In this document: in pieces, positions 57,079-64,000 of the stretch
Numbering within the stretch: the stretch's first letter is position 1
Layout: the number at the start of each line of letters is the position of its first letter
Assembly: GCA_964016885.1 (NCBI GenBank)
Contig: OZ024740.1
Location: 52,080,001-52,144,000 of the forward strand
Direction: 5' to 3'
Length of the DNA stretch: 64,000 bases
DNA from: Eledone cirrhosa
Taxonomy: Eukaryota
The notes under the pieces: model-generated
Database searches by the model: none
What the model was told of the DNA's origin: nothing
What the model saw: the letters and a program-made list of their open reading frames with translations, nothing else
Translations under genes and position numbers: made by a program

Positions 57079-58558
57079 GGGAGATGGATGTACTTGTTTA
57101 CACTGTCCGTATTTTCAGCAATGATATATGTATGCAATTTGGTATTAATAAGTGTGGAGTTCTAGTGATGAAGAGGGGTAAATTGAGCAGAAGCAACGGA
57201 ATCCAGGTACCAACAGGTGAGATGATAAAGGAAATTGACACTGAAGAAGGATACAAATATTTAGGTGTTCTGGAGGCAGATGACATCAAGAACAAAAAAA
57301 ATGAAGGAATTGATAAGATATGAGTACATTAGGAGAGTAAGGAGCGTATTAAAATCACATCTAAATAGTAGGAATGTCATAAGTGCAGTGAATTCCCGAG
57401 CCGTGTCTCTTATTAGGTACAGTGCGGGAATTCTGAAATGGAATGTTGCTGAACAAAAAGAAATGGATAGGAAGACTAGGAAGCTATTGACTATCTACAA
57501 CATGTGCCACAAGAGGAGTGATGTTGATAGACTCTACTTAAAGAGATCTGAAGGTGGAAGAGGTCTTATCAGCATAGAGGACTGTGGTCAGATGGAGAAA
57601 AGCAACCTGCACAAATACGTGACCGACAGTAGGGAGCCAATGCTCAGAACTGTACTGAAGGAGGGGACAGTAGGCCAGGGGATGTCCAAGGAGGAAATAA
57701 CAACAAGGAGGTAGACCAACCTTCATGAAAAATCCCTTCATAGTACCTTCTTTGAGAAAACTGAATTTAGAGATCCACAGACATGGAATTGGTTAAAAAG
57801 AGGAGACCTTAAAAAGGCTACAGAAGGAATGCTAATGGCTGCGCAAGAGCAGGCACTCAAAACGAAGTGGGTGAAACACCATATTTACAAGGAGGAGGCT
57901 AGCCCACTGTGTAGGATCTGTGGAGAGAGAGAGGAGACTGGCTCACATTGTATCCGAGTATAAACACCTAGCCCAGACTCACCATAAAGGCTGGAGACAT
58001 GATGTGATGGGCAGGGTGATCCACTGGCACCTATGCAAAGTAAACAATTTACCACATTCTGAGAAGTGGTATGAGCATAAGCCAGAGTCGGTGATAGAAA
58101 ACGATCAGGTGAAGGTGCTATGGGATTTTAGGATACAGACGGACACGAAACTGGAACACAATAGGCCTGACCTGGTGGTTTTGGACAAGGAAAAAAGATC
58201 ATGCCTGATTGTAGATGTAGCCTGCCCATTTGACACGAGAGTGCAAGAAAAGGAGAGGGAGAAAATTAACCGATACCAAGACTTAAAGTGGGAGGTAAAA
58301 AAGATTTGGAACTGCCATGAAGTCAGAGTCGTCCCGATTGTCATAGGCGCACTAGGTACTATCTCAAAGAGTTTCCAAGGATGGTTAAAAAAAGTTAGTC
58401 CAGCCCCGCTTTTTGGAACACTTCAAAAGGCATGCTTGCTGGGAACAGCAAGAACCCTCCGATACGTACTGAATATCTGAGGCTGCAGGTAGCGGCTTGA
58501 TATTCATTTCAACAAACTTTCCAGTTAAATAACATCAATGACTGACACTCAAAGAACA
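57079..58558 (+). mobile_element. R4/Dong-clade RLE LINE, 5'-truncated, in (TAA)n
   Basis: YKYLG, LYLKRSEGGRGL, CRICG..E..AHIVS, RHD, HNRPDLVV, VDVACPFD, K...YQDL, IVIGALG; (AAT)n on both sides. Confidence 0.92.
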
Positions 58559-58819
58559 ATAATAATAATAATAATACAAGGACTAATGGTTATTCCTTCA
58601 TTACGTTTATTGGTTGGTGACGCATGTTTCACTACTGATCAGCTCAAGGTTCGATCTGTAAAAGCGCGTCACCAACTAATAAACGTAATCAAGGAGTAAC
58701 CATTCGTCGTTGTATTATTATATTACACTCTGTCTAGCTCTACACCTCGACACTGACGTGGATCTAAACATCGACTGCTCACCTGGGTGAACCTACAGTA
58801 ACTTCGCGTTACACTCCCT

Positions 58820-58891
<72 letters not shown>

Positions 58892-58895
<4 letters not shown>

Positions 58896-59392
58896 TAAAG
58901 GTCGATTGACACATATCTATAAAATAAACACATCAAACATTGACAGGAAATAATTTGTAAAGAGTGTAAGCACACATAGTTACGGAGGTAACATTAAAAT
59001 TTAACGAGCACTTGCAATAATTGTTTCTACATTTGGCACAAGGCCAGATACCTTGTAATAATGATTAATCTCCTTTGTATATTTTCCATTAAAGAAATAC
59101 ATTTCACCATTAATAGATTAATCATAGACGTTAAATCCTGGATCGTCAGCAGAGGAGAGGATTTGAAACTATCTATGATTCTAAGGAATAAATCCGTGCA
59201 TTTATTAAAAATTAAATTAAAGATCGATTGAACACATATTCTTTTACACTTTTACCTGTTCCAGCCATCCGGCTGAGGCCATATATATATATATTTAATA
59301 AACATATCAAACATTATCAGGGAATAATTTGTAAAGAGTGTAAACACACATAGTTACGGAGGTAACATTAACATTTAACGAGAACTTTAAAT
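58892..59392. repeat. Imperfect ~130-bp direct repeats (58892-59020 and 59214-59392)
   Basis: ATAATTTGTAAAGAGTGTAA.CACACATAGTTACGGAGGTAACATTAA at both. Confidence 0.7.
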
Positions 59393-60748
59393 ATATGCTC
59401 GGATTTATTCCTTGTGACTCAAGTAATATTTACCTATTCGGATAAATTAACAAAATGATTCTCATTGTAGCAACATCCCGGTATGAGTAGTAAGCACACC
59501 GCAAAGAACACTCTGCTTGGCAAAATAAGTTCATATAATATCAAATAAGTGAAAAAAGAAGAGAAGAAACAACAACACCTAAATCTGATTTAAGGTGACA
59601 GATTATTAATATGGAATATTGAAATTTATTATAGATTACTGGAATTTTGGAAACATGATAGATTATTACTCACTAATTATTGTCAAGTATTAACGCATCT
59701 ATTGCAAATACAATTTAACTTTATGTTAATAAAATGTTGAGTTCTGATTTCATTTTACAATTATCTCTCAGGTATTAATTAAGTGTATTTGTACAACTTA
59801 TGAACATGTTATTCAATTTGTATTCATTAAGAGTAAAGCAATTAACCGATACTTAAAAGTATTCAATTATCAAGTAGTTAAATATTGTGAAAATACCCAA
59901 AGTTTTCACACACTTTTCTGTAACCGCAAATGGATGCTGGGAATACTAAACAAAAATCTTTAACGTCAAAAAATATATTTAATGGTTAATCTCTAAGTTT
60001 TCACTTATTTTTACGTATACTGTATTTGTCTGTTGATTTGGGGCATGAATTTTCCTATTAGTATATTTGAGGGTAAAGAGGTGAACGATAAAACGTATCA
60101 AACACAGAGCCAGATGATCAATTCTAAGAGATGAAAGAATAGAGTTATGTTATCAGATCAAACAAATGTTATTCTGGAGATGTATGTCCTTCCAGCGATT
60201 CCAATATTTTCTGATGTTCAACACTTTAAAGAAGTTCCTGTTGACATGAGCAACGGAGCTCCTCTTCTGCTATCTGCAAATAAATATTTACATCTAGAAG
60301 GATGTTGGGGCCAAGGACGCCCGCCCCCACATCCACCCTGCCTACGAAACCACAATTGCAGTGTTGTAGATGTCTAACGTAGAAAACAAAGTTGTTCCCC
60401 AAGTTGTTCCCAAAGTTGTTCAGACCATCTGTACTAGGTATGTTGATGGCATATTTACTATGATTGAAATCTGACTGATCAACAAGCAGGTCGTTTTAAA
60501 GATGATCTCCAATATTATTCCATCGTTATATTCATTATTCATCACAGCAACAGCACTAATTATGACTATTTTAATACCATTCCGTTCTTAGGCTTAAATT
60601 TAGGAATTAGGAATAACGCATATATTACACAATTATCAAATATACATAAACACAGACACACACACACATGCACACATACACACACATACACACACATACA
60701 CACATACATATATATAATACATACATACATACATATATACATACATAC

Positions 60749-61199
60749 AAAGTTTGGTTAAATTCACATTTCCATTTGTCGAACACGTGTGTTTCGCTGG
60801 GGAAGCAGTTAGACATTCGAAGAAGGGGTGTTCTTTTTTCTGTTATTGGTGTGTTAGAAAGATATTATAAAGGGAAACGTTTTATAAGGAGAGGCGGGAA
60901 TGAGTTTGGAGTCCTAGGTGTGGTTCGTGGTTGTCTAGATGTTATCAAGGAGGCGGGAATGGGTTTGGAGTCCTAGGTGTGTTTCGTGGCTGTCTAGATG
61001 TTATCAAGGGTTCTTCCAATTATGTAGGCTGTATTTAAGTTGCGGCAAGGATTGAAAAAGTCGACCTTCGTATTTAGGTATGCTTTCATAGTATGTAGTC
61101 GCCTTAAGATGTTCTATCGTTTATTGTTGAACAATTTACATGCGTTCTTACTGCAGCGGTAAGGACTTGATTTTTCCAGGGTTTTCCAGTTAATGGAGA
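60749..61199 (-). mobile_element. Second Hydra-type PLE 3' fragment
   Basis: Minus strand SINWKTLEKSSPYRCSKNACKL...ILRRL...LNTKVDFFNPCR aligns by eye with SIQWKAITKSKPY...CGLC...ILKRL...INTRSEFFTHCPH of the 45-kb element. Confidence 0.72.
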
Positions 61200-61203
61200 A
61201 GTC

Positions 61204-61775
61204 TGCAGCGGTAGCAGAGAGAAAATAGTCGACAATTGTTTCGGAGGTTTTGCGTCTTATCAAGACTATATATCCTCCCGACACTGCTACCCGATGGAAC
61301 TGCTGACAACACATAGTTTTCTCAAAGGTATACATCAACTGATTACCGCTGTAACTAAAGGCTGACGTCAGTCATCTAAAATCACACGTGGTCTTATGAG
61401 GCTGTTTGCTTGCAAACAAACGGAATATTAATAATATTATCATTATTCACTCACGTATAGGAATCCATCATGCTAGAGCGAAAACAAATTTTGTTTTTAA
61501 TTTTCGGCAAAGTCGGCCGTAAATCGCTCGGTATGCAAATTAGGCTAATCAGCAGATGTATACCAGTTCCAGCGGGTAGCAGCGACGAAAGAATATATAG
61601 TCTTGATAAGGATCAATAACTCCGAAACAATTGTCGACTATTTACTTTCTGCTACTGCTGGAACAAAAGGATGACGTTAGTTATCAAGAAAACACATGGC
61701 GTGATGCAGCTGTTTGCCTGCAAACGACCCGAATATTAATAACGTTATTATAACATTATTATTATTCACTCGCGA
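61204..61775 (+). mobile_element. 308-bp-unit relative of the retrozyme-like repeat with an inverted 5' arm
   Basis: GTTTGC.TGCAAAC at 61404 and 61712, ATGCAAATTAGGCTA.TCAGC at 61533, HHR at 61597; arm 61204-61300 is the inverse of about 61563-61659. Confidence 0.8.
61597..61641 (+). ncRNA. Type I hammerhead with U3:A8 core variant (mirror copy 61225-61269 minus)
   Basis: ATAGTC-TTGATAA-GGA-TCAATAAC-TCC-GAAAC-AATT-GTC/GACTAT; perfect 6-bp stem I, GUC triplet. Confidence 0.82.
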
Positions 61776-61799
61776 ATACACACACACACATATATATAT

Positions 61800-61878
<79 letters not shown>

Positions 61879-63355
61879 GAGAGAGAGAGAGGCATATACG
61901 AATACACACATGCATGCGTATGTGTATATTAATTAATTACATTTTGGGGCTCATTACATTATGTATGTTAGTACTTACTTACCTATCTCTTTTTGTTATA
62001 CACTAAGCATCCCCCACCCACTCGCAGAAGTCATTCATCTCACATTTCTAGAACCGACTGAATAAATTTCAGTTTATTTCTTATATTAATTCTAATAAAA
62101 ACCAGGGTGGATGGGTGATCTGGTGGTCTGATGGATGAAAAGTAATTTAGAAGTAATTTGAGATTGAATGAAGGAAAATGTAAATGATTTCTGTGAACTG
62201 ATTGACCTCTTTTGCAATCTTCATCATTCGTTGCCGTGAAATGCTGACGTCATTCTATAGAAGGTAATCACATCATATATTAACGTACACACTTCTTTTG
62301 TATGAACTAATTGGAGAGCCCTTGCGTATTTGCTTGATATGCTAGATTTAGCAGTCAATTCCCTCACAATTTACAATCCATGACCATTAAAATATTGAAT
62401 AAAAGATTAGATTGGAACGCTTTTGATCATAGTTTTGCTCGATAATTGATGATTTGGAACTAAATGATAATTTTTAATTTAGGAACCAAGCTCGCAATGT
62501 GGTGGTAGTGGTGGTGGTAGGGGTATCGATTATATCGGCCCTAGTTCTTTACTGGTATTTTATTTTATCGATCCTGGAAGTACGAAAGGCAAAATTGCCC
62601 TCGGCGGGATTTGAGACTTGGAACAAATAATGGTTTCTTATATAGGCACAAGGCCAGCCATTTTGGGGGAGGGGAAAGTCGATTAAATCGACCCCAGTGT
62701 GTGACTGGTACTTTGTTTTATCGACCCCATAAGGATGAAAGGCAAAGTTAACCTCGGCGGGATTTGAACTCAGATCATAAAGGGCCGTAACTCTATGCTG
62801 CAAAGCATGGCGTTCGACCCTCTACCGATACTGCCAATCCACCGCGCTCCTTGGAACTAAATAATTGTTTCTTCTTTTGGCACAAAGCCAGCAATTACCC
62901 AATACATTACTGGTACTTTATTTTATCGACCCCGTAAGGATGAAAGGCAAAGTTAACCTCGACGGGATTTGAACTCAGACCGTAAAGGGACGTAACTATG
63001 CTAGAAAGCATGGCGTCCAACCCTCTACCGTGGCGTCCAACAACAACATATCACTGAAATACAGACGTAGCATAGCCAAATAGCTAAGAAGTTCGCTTCG
63101 CTATCCTAAGATCCCGAGTTCAATCCCACTACAAAGTATCTTGGATATCATTTACTAAAGTATCGGAGCGATCCAAGCTTTGTGTGTGAAATTGGATAAG
63201 TGAGAACTGTTTGGAAACTCGTTGAATGGGCTGTGTCTGCAATTCAAAGGCCATCCTTATCACACACTGTGTCATGCTGATTCACCCTGAGAAATACGTT
63301 AATGGCACACATATCTGTAGAATGCTCAGTCAGTCACATTAATTTCATGAGCAGG

Positions 63356-63538
63356 GCGGTGAATTGGCAGTATCGGTAGAGGGTTGGACGCCATGCTTTC
63401 TAGCATAGTTACGTCCCTTTACAGTCTGAGTTCAAATCCCGCCGAGGTTAACTTTGCCTTTCATCCTTACGGGGTCGATAAAATAAAGTACCAGTAATGT
63501 ACTAGGTAATTGCTGGCCTTGTGCCTCAAGTAGAAACA
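63356..63538 (+). mobile_element. SINE family 1 with 18-bp TSD, nested in an older SINE (about 63070-63670)
   Basis: TSD ATTAATTTCATGAGCAGG at 63338 and 63539. Confidence 0.9.
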
Positions 63539-63676
63539 ATTAATTTCATGAGCAGGCTGTTCTGTAAATCGAACAACTGGAACATCGATGTCAAATGGAC
63601 CTCCATCGGTTTCGACATGGATGTTCCAGTTGATCAATTTACATAACAGACTGCTCATGAAATTAATGTATTAGCT

Positions 63677-63815
63677 GAGGCTGAGCTGTCCAGCCGCAGG
63701 TGTGAGCCTCGCGAGCTGGAATGGCTTTTCCAGCGCGTCTTTCTTGCCGTCCTCCGAGGAAACGCCTTCTCCATTCTGTCAGCCGGGGCAGCGGGGAGGC
63801 CACCAATATGATTGA
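63677..63815 (+). mobile_element. CRE-clade non-LTR 3' fragment
   Basis: EPRELEWLFQRVFLAVLRGNAFSILSAG. Confidence 0.62.
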
Positions 63816-64000
63816 CTAACTTGTCATTTTATCAGTCAGATGTTTTTAGACATCACCCAGTTAAATATGATTCGTTTTCCCTGTCTTATTGATGTTTTCG
63901 TTTTATGTTTCTGTTGTATCTTCAACTGGAATCTAACCAAAACACAAACAATGCTGACATGAAATTCATTCATCTTATTCATTTGTTCAGGTATCGGCAT

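Overview
AT-rich, microsatellite-saturated animal non-coding DNA. The SINE families and repeat style suggest an octopus (inference). No host protein-coding gene is supportable, and almost all ORF-track entries are translated microsatellites. The window is packed with mobile elements: a 7.9-kb head-to-tail array of Tx1-like LINEs in (CTAT)n, R4/Dong-type RLE LINEs, CRE and RTE remnants, two tRNA-derived SINE families, a Helitron, a nested mariner/MITE, and many Penelope-like (PLE) elements in (TA)n. The main signal is RNA-based. A ~428-bp tandem repeat (51.0-53.6 kb, with a second locus at 6.0-6.7 kb) carries one minimal type I hammerhead ribozyme (HHR) per unit and an octamer ATGCAAAT motif in each complete unit, i.e. 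a non-LTR retrozyme-like array. A 308-bp relative with a U3:A8 core variant is fused to a Hydra-type PLE endonuclease fragment. About a dozen further hammerheads lie in short asymmetric foldback PLE ends, and several unrelated families share a conserved ACTC...GAGYRCT tail hairpin. All structures were folded by eye, and no database searches were run.
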